This document shows, one piece after another, positions 9,000 through 18,436 of a stretch of 44,905 nt of DNA. The stretch is from Bacteroidales bacterium (GTDB taxonomy: Bacteria > Bacteroidota > Bacteroidia > Bacteroidales > GCA-2748055): NCBI GenBank assembly GCA_018400695.1, contig JAGYMF010000002.1, forward strand, positions 1 through 44,905. The letters are read 5' to 3'. The notes below the pieces were generated by a model, which worked only from the letters and a program-made list of their open reading frames with translations, was not told the origin of the DNA and did not search any database. Every line of letters starts with the position of its first letter. The stretch's first letter is position 1. The position numbers and the translations under genes were made by a program.

Positions 9000-10355
9000 A
9001 TGAAGACAATCCTTATCCTTGGTGCAGGCCTCTCTTCCAATATGCTGATCCACTATTTCATTGAACGGGCAGCCAAACTGAATATAAAAATACGTGTAGG
9101 GGACAAATCACATGCCACCGCAGCAGCAAAGACCGAAAATTGCCCGCAATGCAGCGCTTTTGAATTTGATATCTACAATGATATCCAGTGCAACAAGGAG
9201 GTCGCAAAGGCCGACCTTGTAATCTCCATGCTCCCCGCCCGCATGCATCCCCTCGTGGCCAGGGCATGCATCAAACATGGCCGCAACATGATAACCGCCT
9301 CCTATGCCGGAAGCGAAATAAAAGAGATGGATTTCGAAGCCCGTAAAAATGGGATCGTCATTATGAATGAATGTGGTGTTGATCCCGGTATCGACCACAT
9401 GTCGGCCATGCAAATGATCAACAACATTGGTGCAAAAGGTTATGAAATGATAGCATTTGAATCCAGTACCGGCGGACTGGTAGCACCTGGATTCGAGAAC
9501 AATCCCTGGCAATACAAATTCACCTGGAATCCCAGAAACGTGGTACTTGCAGGACAAGACGGAGCAAGGTTTCTTCACAATGGCAAGTTCAAATACATAC
9601 CGTATCACAAGCTATTCAACCGCACAGAGACCATCCATGTCCCCGGACTGGGAGAATTTGAAGTCTATGGCAACCGCGACTCCCTTACTTATCGCGATAC
9701 GTATAAACTGCACCACCTTGAAACCATGTTCCGCGGAACAATCCGCCGTCCCGGATTCTGCGAAGCCTGGAATATCTTCGTTCAGCTTGGAGCAACAGAT
9801 GACAGCTACGTCATGGAAGATACAGAAAATATGACGTGCCGTGAATTTATCAATAGCTTCATGGCATACAGGGTGGACATTCCCGTGGAGGAGAAACTTT
9901 CCCTCTACCTCGGTATTCCCCTGAACTCATCCATGATGGGACGACTCCAGTGGCTGGGGATCTTTGAAGATACAAAAATCGGGAAACCCGGACTCACCCC
10001 TGCCAAAGTATTACAAACCATCCTTGAGAAGAAATGGTCACTGGAATCCGGAGACAAAGATATGATTGTCATGCAGCACCAGTTTGATTATATGGATGGA
10101 GAACTGCGAAAAAAAATCTATTCCACCATGACCCATATTGGAAAAGATTCCTACAATACCGCCATGGCAGCAACGGTAGGCCTTCCGGTTGCAATTACAG
10201 CCAGGTTGATACTCGAGGGTAAAATTAATCTTAAAGGTGTCCATCTTCCGGTTATCCCGGAAGTCTATGAACCTGTGCTGAAGGAGCTGGAACAGCTCGG
10301 GATCAGATTTGTAGAGGAGGAGGTCGTCATCCCCAGGGATATCAGCAGTGTCTGA
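9000..10355 (+). CDS. Saccharopine dehydrogenase family oxidoreductase
   Basis: N-terminal Rossmann motif ILILGAGLSS. GVDPGIDHM and the overall 451-aa layout are typical of LYS9-like saccharopine dehydrogenase family proteins. Confidence 0.75.
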   Translation: MKTILILGAGLSSNMLIHYFIERAAKLNIKIRVGDKSHATAAAKTENCPQCSAFEFDIYNDIQCNKEVAKADLVISMLPARMHPLVARACIKHGRNMITASYAGSEIKEMDFEARKNGIVIMNECGVDPGIDHMSAMQMINNIGAKGYEMIAFESSTGGLVAPGFENNPWQYKFTWNPRNVVLAGQDGARFLHNGKFKYIPYHKLFNRTETIHVPGLGEFEVYGNRDSLTYRDTYKLHHLETMFRGTIRRPGFCEAWNIFVQLGATDDSYVMEDTENMTCREFINSFMAYRVDIPVEEKLSLYLGIPLNSSMMGRLQWLGIFEDTKIGKPGLTPAKVLQTILEKKWSLESGDKDMIVMQHQFDYMDGELRKKIYSTMTHIGKDSYNTAMAATVGLPVAITARLILEGKINLKGVHLPVIPEVYEPVLKELEQLGIRFVEEEVVIPRDISSV

Positions 10356-10390
10356 TCACACCGTGAAAAAACTTGTATCAAGGGTAATAT

Positions 10391-11050
10391 TCAAAGATCA
10401 ACAATCATCCCATCTCTCATCCTAACCATGCGATCGGCCATCCCGGCCAGCTGCAGATCGTGGGTAACAATCACCAACGTCTTATTCATCTCATCCCTGA
10501 GCCTGAAAAACAGATTATGCAGCTCCTGCTTGTTCTCGGTATCAAGGTTACCGGAAGGTTCATCAGCCAGGATCACTGCGGGATCATTAATCAGGGCACG
10601 CGCTATTGCTACCCGCTGCTGCTCACCACCCGAAAGCTCATTTGGCTTATGATCCAACCGCTCTGACAACTTCAGGAAATTGAGCAGCTCTTTGGCCCGC
10701 TTCTCAACTTTCCCCCTTGGGGTTTTTGCAATGAAACCGGGAATACAAACATTTTCCAATGCAGTAAATTCAGGCAACAATTGGTGAAACTGGAAAACAA
10801 AACCAATGTTTCGATTCCTGAAACGGGCAAGCTGATTTCCCTGGAGGCGGGAAGTCTCTATACCATTAACCTCAACGGTGCCTCCATTTTGCCTGCTCAA
10901 TGTTCCCATGATCTGCAGCAATGTGGTCTTTCCTGCTCCGGAAGCACCAACTACAGAGACAACCTCTCCCTCCGCTATCTGGAGTGAAATGCCTTTCAGC
11001 ACCTGCAGGTTCCCGTATCGTTTGGTAATATCTTGCGTCCGAATCATCAT
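10391..11050 (-). CDS. ABC transporter ATP-binding protein, LolD/MacB-type
   Basis: Walker A is GASGAGKTT, the signature is [15 protein letters not shown], and Walker B is [11 protein letters not shown]. It starts 2 nt after the upstream antiporter stop. No permease gene is adjacent. Confidence 0.85.
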   Translation of the reverse strand: MMIRTQDITKRYGNLQVLKGISLQIAEGEVVSVVGASGAGKTTLLQIMGTLSRQNGGTVEVNGIETSRLQGNQLARFRNRNIGFVFQFHQLLPEFTALENVCIPGFIAKTPRGKVEKRAKELLNFLKLSERLDHKPNELSGGEQQRVAIARALINDPAVILADEPSGNLDTENKQELHNLFFRLRDEMNKTLVIVTHDLQLAGMADRMVRMRDGMIVDL

Positions 11051-11052
11051 GG

Positions 11053-12000
11053 TCAGGTGATAAAGATAAAATAAATATATGAAGCATACCCCAATAGCAT
11101 CACTGTTCCTTCAAACCGGTTGATCCTACCCTTGTTGGCTGGCAGCATGAAGAGCAACAGGATAACCCCAGACCCAATCATCCAGGGCATGTCGATAGTC
11201 AGCACCTCAGGCACAGTGGTAATGGGTTTGATTAATGAAGTGATACCCAATACAGAAATAATATTCATTATATTGGATCCCAATATATTTCCAATAGATA
11301 TCTCTGTTTCCCTCTTGAATGCAGCTATAACACTGGTGGCCAGTTCTGGAAGACTTGTTCCCAGAGCAACCATCGTGATAGAGATCACCCGCTCACTGAT
11401 GCCAAAATAGCCGGCCATTTCTGCAGCGCTATTTACCAAAAGGGAAGCCCCAAAAGCCAGTCCGGCACAGGAGATCAAAAAAATTAAGATCGCTGTCCAC
11501 CACCTGGACTTTCGCTCTTTTCCCTGATTGGTTGGATCTTCATTTATACGCTTCCGTGATTGCATAACGGAAAAAACAATATAGAGAAGAAAGAGAACAG
11601 CCAGGACAAACCCTTCCAACCTGGTGATTTGGTTATCAAGCAGAAACAAAAACAGTAATAGCGTCAGAACAATCATTACCGGCCAGTCACGGACAATGGA
11701 CGAGCGTCTGACCACGAGCGGAAATATGACCGTGGTAAGTCCGAGTACAAGAAGAATGTTGGAAATATTGCTCCCGATAACATTCCCAACAGCCATATCG
11801 GGATGACCCAGTACGGCGGCCTGAATGCTTACCAATAACTCAGGAGCAGAAGTGCCGAAGGCTACTATCGTCAGCCCGATAATGCTTGAAGGAATTTTGA
11901 ATTGTCTGGCGATGATCACACTGCTTTCAACAAGAAATTTTCCGCTTACAAGAAGCAGTATTAATCCGGCCACTAATAATAGAATGGTAGCGATTTCCAT
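11053..12000 (-). CDS. Calcium/cation antiporter (CaCA family, YrbG-like)
   Basis: 315 aa, about 10 hydrophobic segments, with duplicated alpha-repeat motifs GTSAPEL and GTSLPEL. Confidence 0.8.
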   Translation of the reverse strand: MEIATILLLVAGLILLLVSGKFLVESSVIIARQFKIPSSIIGLTIVAFGTSAPELLVSIQAAVLGHPDMAVGNVIGSNISNILLVLGLTTVIFPLVVRRSSIVRDWPVMIVLTLLLFLFLLDNQITRLEGFVLAVLFLLYIVFSVMQSRKRINEDPTNQGKERKSRWWTAILIFLISCAGLAFGASLLVNSAAEMAGYFGISERVISITMVALGTSLPELATSVIAAFKRETEISIGNILGSNIMNIISVLGITSLIKPITTVPEVLTIDMPWMIGSGVILLLFMLPANKGRINRFEGTVMLLGYASYIYFIFIT

Positions 12001-12006
12001 GAATGA

Positions 12007-12288
12007 TCAGCGGTCCGAATCCGAATCGACCTGTTTTTTTACATTCTTCACCACTTCGTTCGCATCCTTCTTCAGATCATCCCTGATCTCCTTAAAATCA
12101 TTGACAACATCTGAAGTACTGTCCTGCATCTCCCTTTTTATATCTTCGGTCGCACGCCTGAACTCTTTCATGCCCTGACCAAACATCCTCGCCATCCTTG
12201 GTATCTCCTTTGAACCAAACAACAGCAAAACAGCAAGTATAACGATTAGGATCTCCTGCCCACTAAAAAATAACAGTACCCAAGCCAT
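12007..12288 (-). CDS. tatA: Twin-arginine translocase subunit TatA/E
   Basis: 93 aa. It has a single N-terminal TM segment (ILIVILAVLLLFGSKEIP), then an amphipathic helix (MARMFGQGMKEFRRATEDIK) and an acidic tail. Confidence 0.8.
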   Translation of the reverse strand: MAWVLLFFSGQEILIVILAVLLLFGSKEIPRMARMFGQGMKEFRRATEDIKREMQDSTSDVVNDFKEIRDDLKKDANEVVKNVKKQVDSDSDR

Positions 12289-12346
12289 CTATGTTACATA
12301 TTTATGCAAAGATAACAAGGTTTAAAGACAATTGCTGAAATAATAC

Positions 12347-15300
12347 CTATGATTTTCGCACACCTTTCAACACCCTTGTGGTCTCTCCCTTCCGTATAGT
12401 ATCATATACCACCGGTGTGGCAATGAACAAAGATGAGTAGGTTCCAACCACAACACCAATCAGCAGTGCAAAGATGAACCCACGTATCACATCACCTCCA
12501 AAGATAAAGATGGTAAGAAGCACAACAAACGTACTGAGAGATGTACTGAACGTCCTGCTCAGCGTACCGTTCAATGCCAAATTAAAGATCTCCTTACGCT
12601 CCCGTTTCCGGTGAAGTCCCAGGAATTCCCTGATCCGGTCAAATACCACCACGGTATCATTGATCGAGTAACCTACCACTGTGAGGATTGCTGCAATAAA
12701 GGCCTGGTCAATCTCCAGCGAGAAAGGCATGATGCCACTCAGCAGCGAGAAGATACCCATCACAATAATTACATCGTGCACCAGTGCCGTAAGCGCTCCT
12801 AAACCATACTGCCAGTTCCGGAATCGAATCAGGATATACATGAATATGATTGCTAGTGAAGCAAGAACCACCCATACCGAACTTCTTTTGATATCGTCGG
12901 CAATGGTTGGACCCACCTTGTGGGCGCTGACAATATACTCCTGATCACTGACAAACTCATTTAAACCGACCTCGTCACCCAACAATGACTGCAAGCTGCT
13001 AAACATTGTAGCCTTGATAATGGAATCAGCCTCCGGCCTTTCATCTTCAATCATATACTTGGTCGTAACACGCACTGCGTTCTTCTGTCCAAAAGTAATT
13101 ACAGTAGGCATTTCACCAAATCCGTCAGTAAGCAATTCTCTGACCTGTGTTACATCCACATCCTCCTTGAACTCTATCACATAGTTTCGTCCACCGGTAA
13201 AATCAACACCGCCGTTCAACCCTCTGAATGTAAGTGACAAAATACTAGCAGCTACAAGAATTCCGGAAATCACATAGGCAATTTTTCTTTTGTCAAGGAA
13301 TTTAATCTTCGTATTCTGGAATGCATTCTCGGTAAGCTTTGTAGAGAAGGTCAGTTTCCAGCCTTTTTCAAGATAGCGCTCATAAACAAGCCTGGTCAGA
13401 ATCACAGCAGAAAAGAGTGAAGTCAGAATACCAATAACCAGCGTGGTTGCAAAACCCTTGATCGGCCCCGTACCGAAAAAGAAGAGAATCAGTGCCGTAA
13501 GGAATGTGGTAACGTTGGCATCGATGATCGCAGAATAGGCATTTCTGTAACCATCCTTGATGGCTGCCTTCTTCCCCTTTCCGGCAGCAAGTTCCTCCCG
13601 GATCCTGTCATATATCAGTACATTGGCATCCACCGACATACCAATGGTAAGCACAATACCAGCGATACCCGGCAGGGTCAGCGCCGCCTGCAATGAAGCC
13701 AACACACCGATCAGAAAAAACATGTTCGCAATCAACGCAAGGTCAGCTACCAGACCGGCCCTGCGGCTGTAATAGAAAACCATATAAAGGAGCACCACCA
13801 CAAAAGCAATCAGGAACGAATTAAAACCTGCCTTCACAGATTTTGCCCCCAGTGAGGGGCCGATCACTTCACTTGATTCCACCCTGGCCCTGGCCGGCAT
13901 TTTACCCGACTTCAGGATATTCGCAAGGTCGGTAGCCTCATTCTGGGTAAAATTACCGGAAATGGAGGAACTGCCTCCCTTGATCTCTTCATTCACATTG
14001 GGTGCAGAGTATACCACCCCGTCCAGTACAATCGCAATCGCCTTCTGTACATTTTCCCTTGTCAGATTGGCCCACCGTTTGGCACCCTCTGAATTCATGC
14101 TCATGGAGACCTCAAAAGCACCCGTATATTGGTCCGTAGTTGTTCGCGCATCCGTTACATATTTTCCATCCATCGCAGGCTGTCCATTCCTGGTGGCCTT
14201 TAGCGAATAGAGGTAAATAAACTCCGTCTCTTCACCCATTCCCTGGAAGTGCCAGGCAAACCTCAGATCAGCAGGGAACAACTGCCTTACCCGTGGAATG
14301 GATAAATATTCGTTCACCTTGGCTGTATCACTCAACTCAACCACCCCAATTACAGCACTTGGTATTAGCTGACCTTCATTGTTCACATAGGGCCGCATTA
14401 CAGCAAACAGTGGATTATCACGCATAAATGCAGCTTCCTCTTCCCCGAACAAATCTGCTTCACCACTGTCATCAAGAAGGCTGAGATCTGCGGTATCAGA
14501 TAAGATACGTTCATCATCCAGCAGCATCTCTTCATCCTCTTTCTCCGACTCTTCCAGTACTGCTACTTCTGCTTCAGTATCCTGCGACGCTTCATCTTCA
14601 AGAGTTTCCGAAGTACTGCTCATATCAGCAATGATCTGGTTGGCCTCTTCAATAGAGGACCAGACATCAACATTCTCATAAGTGGTCCAAAACTCCAGAT
14701 TAGCAGTACCGGTTAGAAGCTTTGTTACACGCTCAGGCTCTTTCACACCAGGCAGTGCAACCAGAATACGTCCCTGGCGCTCCAAACGCTGGATATTCAT
14801 CTGCACAACACCAAAACGGTCAATCCTGTTGCGGAGAACGTTGTATGAATTATCAATGGCATCCTCAGCTTCTCTCTTCAGAAATTCAACCACCTCATCA
14901 TTGGAAGTATTGAAATCAATATCTCCCCTGGATTCCGGCGTCATAAAGAACTGGGCCAGCTGTGCACCCGGATTCTGCTCCTCAAATGCATCTGCAAACA
15001 GATCAACAAAATCATTTGTTGAATTTCTCTTTTCTATCTTGGCAGCATCCATTGAGGAAGTGAAAACCGGATCGGATAAATATTGCGGTGCCGCTAAAGC
15101 CCGGATAATATCTTCCACAGCGATCTCCAGCACCACATTCATACCCCCCTTGAGGTCCAGCCCCAGGTTAATCTCTCGCTCTTTACAATCCTGGTATGTG
15201 TACTTCTTCAACCAAACGAAATTATAGATCTCCACATTCTTCATGGAATCGAGATATGCCCTCTCCACAACGGGATCCCCCTGGGCAACATTCCGTGCTT

Positions 15301-15400
15301 CACGCTCTACCTTGGTGGTGAAAAAAGTAAATGTCAACTGGTAAAGACAAATTGCTGCGAAAGTGATAGCCAATAATTTTACAGCACCTTTATTCTGCAT
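12347..15400 (-). CDS. secDF: Protein translocase subunit SecDF (fused SecD-SecF)
   Basis: 1017 aa. The SecD part shows LGLDLKGGMNVVLE and LPGIAGIVLTIGMSVDANVLIYDRIREE. The SecF part shows GVDFTGG and GYSINDTVVVFDRIRE. Confidence 0.95.
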   Translation of the reverse strand: MQNKGAVKLLAITFAAICLYQLTFTFFTTKVEREARNVAQGDPVVERAYLDSMKNVEIYNFVWLKKYTYQDCKEREINLGLDLKGGMNVVLEIAVEDIIRALAAPQYLSDPVFTSSMDAAKIEKRNSTNDFVDLFADAFEEQNPGAQLAQFFMTPESRGDIDFNTSNDEVVEFLKREAEDAIDNSYNVLRNRIDRFGVVQMNIQRLERQGRILVALPGVKEPERVTKLLTGTANLEFWTTYENVDVWSSIEEANQIIADMSSTSETLEDEASQDTEAEVAVLEESEKEDEEMLLDDERILSDTADLSLLDDSGEADLFGEEEAAFMRDNPLFAVMRPYVNNEGQLIPSAVIGVVELSDTAKVNEYLSIPRVRQLFPADLRFAWHFQGMGEETEFIYLYSLKATRNGQPAMDGKYVTDARTTTDQYTGAFEVSMSMNSEGAKRWANLTRENVQKAIAIVLDGVVYSAPNVNEEIKGGSSSISGNFTQNEATDLANILKSGKMPARARVESSEVIGPSLGAKSVKAGFNSFLIAFVVVLLYMVFYYSRRAGLVADLALIANMFFLIGVLASLQAALTLPGIAGIVLTIGMSVDANVLIYDRIREELAAGKGKKAAIKDGYRNAYSAIIDANVTTFLTALILFFFGTGPIKGFATTLVIGILTSLFSAVILTRLVYERYLEKGWKLTFSTKLTENAFQNTKIKFLDKRKIAYVISGILVAASILSLTFRGLNGGVDFTGGRNYVIEFKEDVDVTQVRELLTDGFGEMPTVITFGQKNAVRVTTKYMIEDERPEADSIIKATMFSSLQSLLGDEVGLNEFVSDQEYIVSAHKVGPTIADDIKRSSVWVVLASLAIIFMYILIRFRNWQYGLGALTALVHDVIIVMGIFSLLSGIMPFSLEIDQAFIAAILTVVGYSINDTVVVFDRIREFLGLHRKRERKEIFNLALNGTLSRTFSTSLSTFVVLLTIFIFGGDVIRGFIFALLIGVVVGTYSSLFIATPVVYDTIRKGETTRVLKGVRKS

Positions 15401-15450
15401 TTTAACTAATTTATTAATAGTGAGTTAATAAGTCATTCCTTTTCGAAGCG

Positions 15451-15458
15451 CAAATATA
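15451..15458 (-). promoter_or_regulatory. -7-like box (TATATTTG on the minus strand) upstream of secDF
   Basis: The plus strand reads CAAATATA, 51 nt upstream of the secDF ATG. No -33 element at canonical spacing. Confidence 0.3.
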
Positions 15459-15500
15459 ATATTATTTTTTTGAAACTCAGGGAAAGATCCAAAGCAAATA

Positions 15501-15548
15501 CACCGCGAAGCAGAGACCTGTCATCCAGGACACCTCTCTTTCGCGGTG
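15501..15548 (-). terminator. Long imperfect hairpin downstream of mdh, a possible intrinsic terminator
   Basis: CACCGCGAAG (15501-15510) pairs with TTTCGCGGTG (15539-15548). Inner helices are AGAG/CTCT and CCTG/CAGG. On the minus-strand transcript it is followed by UAUUUGCUUUGG, which is only moderately U-rich. Confidence 0.4.
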
Positions 15549-15571
15549 CAAAAAAATGTATTGCTGACCGG

Positions 15572-16510
15572 TCAGAACAGTTTCAGGTCTTCCAGCACTT
15601 TCATTACGGTCTGAACCGAATCTGAAGATGTTTTTAGTAACTTCTTTTCATCCTGGTTCAGGCTGATCTCAATGATCTCCTCAACACCATCCTTGCCAAG
15701 CTTAACCGGCACGCCAAGATAGATATCCTTAAGTCCATACTCGCCTTTGAGCATCGCACACACCGGGAAGATTCGTTTCTGGTCATCCACAATAGCCTCC
15801 ACCATCTGCGCAACGGCAGAGCCTGGGGCATACCAGGCTGATGTTCCCATCAGACGAACAAGTTCTCCTCCTCCCTTGCGCGTCCGGTCAACAATTTTTT
15901 CAATCACTGCCGGCCCCAATAACTCAGTTACAGGGATACCATTAATCGAAGTATACCTGGGAAGCGGTACCATCGTATCACCATGACCCCCAAGCAACAT
16001 GGCATGGATATCTTCCGGTGAGACATTTAATGCGTCGGCGATAAATGCTTTGTACCTCCCCGTATCCAGGATCCCAGCCATGCCAAACACTTTGTTTGGA
16101 GCCTTATTGGCCGCCAGAAAGGCCGCATAGGTCATCACGTCGAGGGGATTGGAAACCACGATAATAATGGCATCCGGAGAATATTTCACAACCCTTTCTG
16201 TAACATCCTTTACAATCGTTGCATTTGTCTTTATAAGATCATCCCTGGACATCCCGGGCTTCCGCGGAAGCCCTGAGGTAATCACAACAACACCTGAACC
16301 CTTGGTTTTCAAATAATCGTTCGTCACACCGGTTACCCGGGTATTAAAGTGAATGATAGAGGAGGTTTGCCAGATATCCAGCGCCTTTCCCTCAGCAAGC
16401 CCCTCTTTAATATCCAGCAATACAACCTCCCTTGCAAGATCCTTCTGAGCAATGACATTGGCCGTAGTTGCACCGACATTACCAGCTCCAATTACAGTAA
16501 TTTTATTCAT
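15572..16510 (-). CDS. mdh: Malate dehydrogenase (LDH-like family)
   Basis: KITVIGAGNVGATTA, ITSGLPRKPGMSRDDL and GGHGDTMVP in a 312-aa protein are typical of Bacteroidota/Bacillus-type Mdh. Confidence 0.95.
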   Translation of the reverse strand: MNKITVIGAGNVGATTANVIAQKDLAREVVLLDIKEGLAEGKALDIWQTSSIIHFNTRVTGVTNDYLKTKGSGVVVITSGLPRKPGMSRDDLIKTNATIVKDVTERVVKYSPDAIIIVVSNPLDVMTYAAFLAANKAPNKVFGMAGILDTGRYKAFIADALNVSPEDIHAMLLGGHGDTMVPLPRYTSINGIPVTELLGPAVIEKIVDRTRKGGGELVRLMGTSAWYAPGSAVAQMVEAIVDDQKRIFPVCAMLKGEYGLKDIYLGVPVKLGKDGVEEIIEISLNQDEKKLLKTSSDSVQTVMKVLEDLKLF

Positions 16511-16561
16511 TTTATCATGGGTTTTAAGTTGGTACTAATCCTGTTTATAGCCAGTCAGAAA

Positions 16562-16578
16562 CAAAGATAACAAATTTA
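16562..16578 (-). promoter_or_regulatory. Two adjacent -7-like boxes (TATCTTTG and TAAATTTG on the minus strand) upstream of mdh
   Basis: The plus strand reads CAAAGATA (16562-16569) and CAAATTTA (16571-16578), 52-68 nt upstream of the mdh ATG. Confidence 0.3.
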
Positions 16579-16755
16579 AATATCTGCATGTATGAATATG
16601 TCTTAAGATGATTACAATATAACAAATAATAGCACCTTATCCGATACATAACAAAAGTTATAATTCATTTGACAGGAAGAAATATTTGCCGCTGTTACTT
16701 GAATTGAAACACAATTTATCATAACTTGTAACAAACGTCAATAAAGCAGCTCCTA

Positions 16756-17448
16756 ATGAAAGCCGATCTTTCAAAATATAAACAAGAGTGGTACAAGGAA
16801 GATACCGCAAAAGGTATATTCCCGGGTCCGGTAGTTACGATATCCAGAGAGCTGGGGTGCCCGGCAAAAACCATCGCCTGCATGCTGGCGAATGAACTAA
16901 ACCTGATCAGGTCAAACAAAGCAAAAAGCCACTCCTGGAAATGGATCAGCAAAGAGATTCTTCATGAATCTGCAAAAGAGCTGGATGTGGATTGCGATCA
17001 GATTGAACATGTCTTCCATTACAAAAACAGGAATGCACTCGAAGACCTGTTGATGGCACAATCTAAGAACTACTATAAATCTGACCTGAAGATCAGAACC
17101 ACCATCGCAAAGGTTATCCGTGATATTGCCAATACCGGCAATGCCATTATCGTAGGCCGGGGGGGTGTGGCCATTACCAGGGATATCCCAAAATCACTTC
17201 ATATCATGCTGGAAGCACCAATGGAATGGCGCGCCGTAAGAACGGCCTCAAAACACGACATGACCCTCGAACAGGCAAGAAACTATGCACAATCCGTCGA
17301 CAAAAAAAGGAAACAATTCAGGGATTATTTCCAGGGAAAAGGCAATGACTATACCCGATTTGATATAAAATTCAACTGCATGACACTCGAGACAGAGACA
17401 ATCGTAAAGATCATCATTGCAGCACTTAAAACAAGACAATTTATCTAA
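16756..17448 (+). CDS. Cytidylate-kinase-like family protein (P-loop-kinase-like, function unknown)
   Basis: 230 aa. VVTISRELGCPAKTIACMLANELN and IIVGRGG match the AAA/cytidylate_kin2-type family as I recall it. There is no canonical GxxGxGK P-loop. Confidence 0.55.
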   Translation: MKADLSKYKQEWYKEDTAKGIFPGPVVTISRELGCPAKTIACMLANELNLIRSNKAKSHSWKWISKEILHESAKELDVDCDQIEHVFHYKNRNALEDLLMAQSKNYYKSDLKIRTTIAKVIRDIANTGNAIIVGRGGVAITRDIPKSLHIMLEAPMEWRAVRTASKHDMTLEQARNYAQSVDKKRKQFRDYFQGKGNDYTRFDIKFNCMTLETETIVKIIIAALKTRQFI

Positions 17449-17548
17449 CCCTCCGGTCCGCCGAATCAGCACCTTCATAAGCTCCCCGTTCATAAGTACT
17501 GTTTCACCTTTAAATACTTTTTCTTAATTTTAGAAAAAATGATGGCCC

Positions 17549-18436
17549 ATGAGATCTGTAACCCTGCTCCTCCTGCTATTCCTGCTATTCCTGAATGCAT
17601 GTAAAGAACAGCCCCGGCCAACCGCAGAACCTTTTCGATATACAGAGGAGCTGAAATCTAAAAACAATGAGGTCAGTGAGGTGATCTATTCCATGCACCT
17701 CCCCACCGATATGGCCGGACTTTTCAACCGCACAGGCACAAATTACGATCCCGCTATTCCTGCCCCCATCAACAGTATTACCCTATACACCAACCCGGAA
17801 AAGATTGCCCTTATGCTGGGAGTCTATGGCGTAAATATCACTTATATGAAGCTTCTCGGTCAAACAATTCCTGCAGCACAATACTACAAAGCCATCGAAA
17901 CCCTCTCTGATAAGATCGGAATTCCACAGACGATCTTTGAAGAGTCCTCCCTCTATCTGGAGAAATATTTTGCCGAAGAAGATTCCCTGTCTGCTGTCAT
18001 CGAAACAATTTACCGGAAAACAGACCGCTTCTTCAGGGAAAACAATCGCGACAACCTGGCAGCACTTTCTCTTACCGGAGGATGGATCGAAGCCATGTAC
18101 GTGGGTATAAAAATTTATGAAGCCGATAATGGCAACCAGGTGATGGCAGAAAGGCTGCTTCAGCAAAAATATTCCCTCAACAGCATCTATACCATCCTAA
18201 GCAATCACCAGGAATCTCTCGAAGTTAAAGAATACCTCCTGATGATAAAAAAGATACGAAAAGTATTCGACCGGGTAGAAATCAGGTACCAGAAAAAGGG
18301 ATTCAACCTGGACACCACACAGAAAAAGATCCAAACCTATAATACCCTGATCAGGTATGATGAAGAGACCATGGACGACCTGGCCAGGATTATTCCGCTC
18401 GTAAGAAACAGCGTTATTTCATATGAAGAAGATTAA
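17549..18436 (+). CDS. Hypothetical lipoprotein (predicted all-alpha)
   Basis: Signal peptide plus lipobox MRSVTLLLLLFLLFLNAC. I recognise no family. Its 3' end overlaps the next gene by 14 nt. Confidence 0.6.
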   Translation: MRSVTLLLLLFLLFLNACKEQPRPTAEPFRYTEELKSKNNEVSEVIYSMHLPTDMAGLFNRTGTNYDPAIPAPINSITLYTNPEKIALMLGVYGVNITYMKLLGQTIPAAQYYKAIETLSDKIGIPQTIFEESSLYLEKYFAEEDSLSAVIETIYRKTDRFFRENNRDNLAALSLTGGWIEAMYVGIKIYEADNGNQVMAERLLQQKYSLNSIYTILSNHQESLEVKEYLLMIKKIRKVFDRVEIRYQKKGFNLDTTQKKIQTYNTLIRYDEETMDDLARIIPLVRNSVISYEED

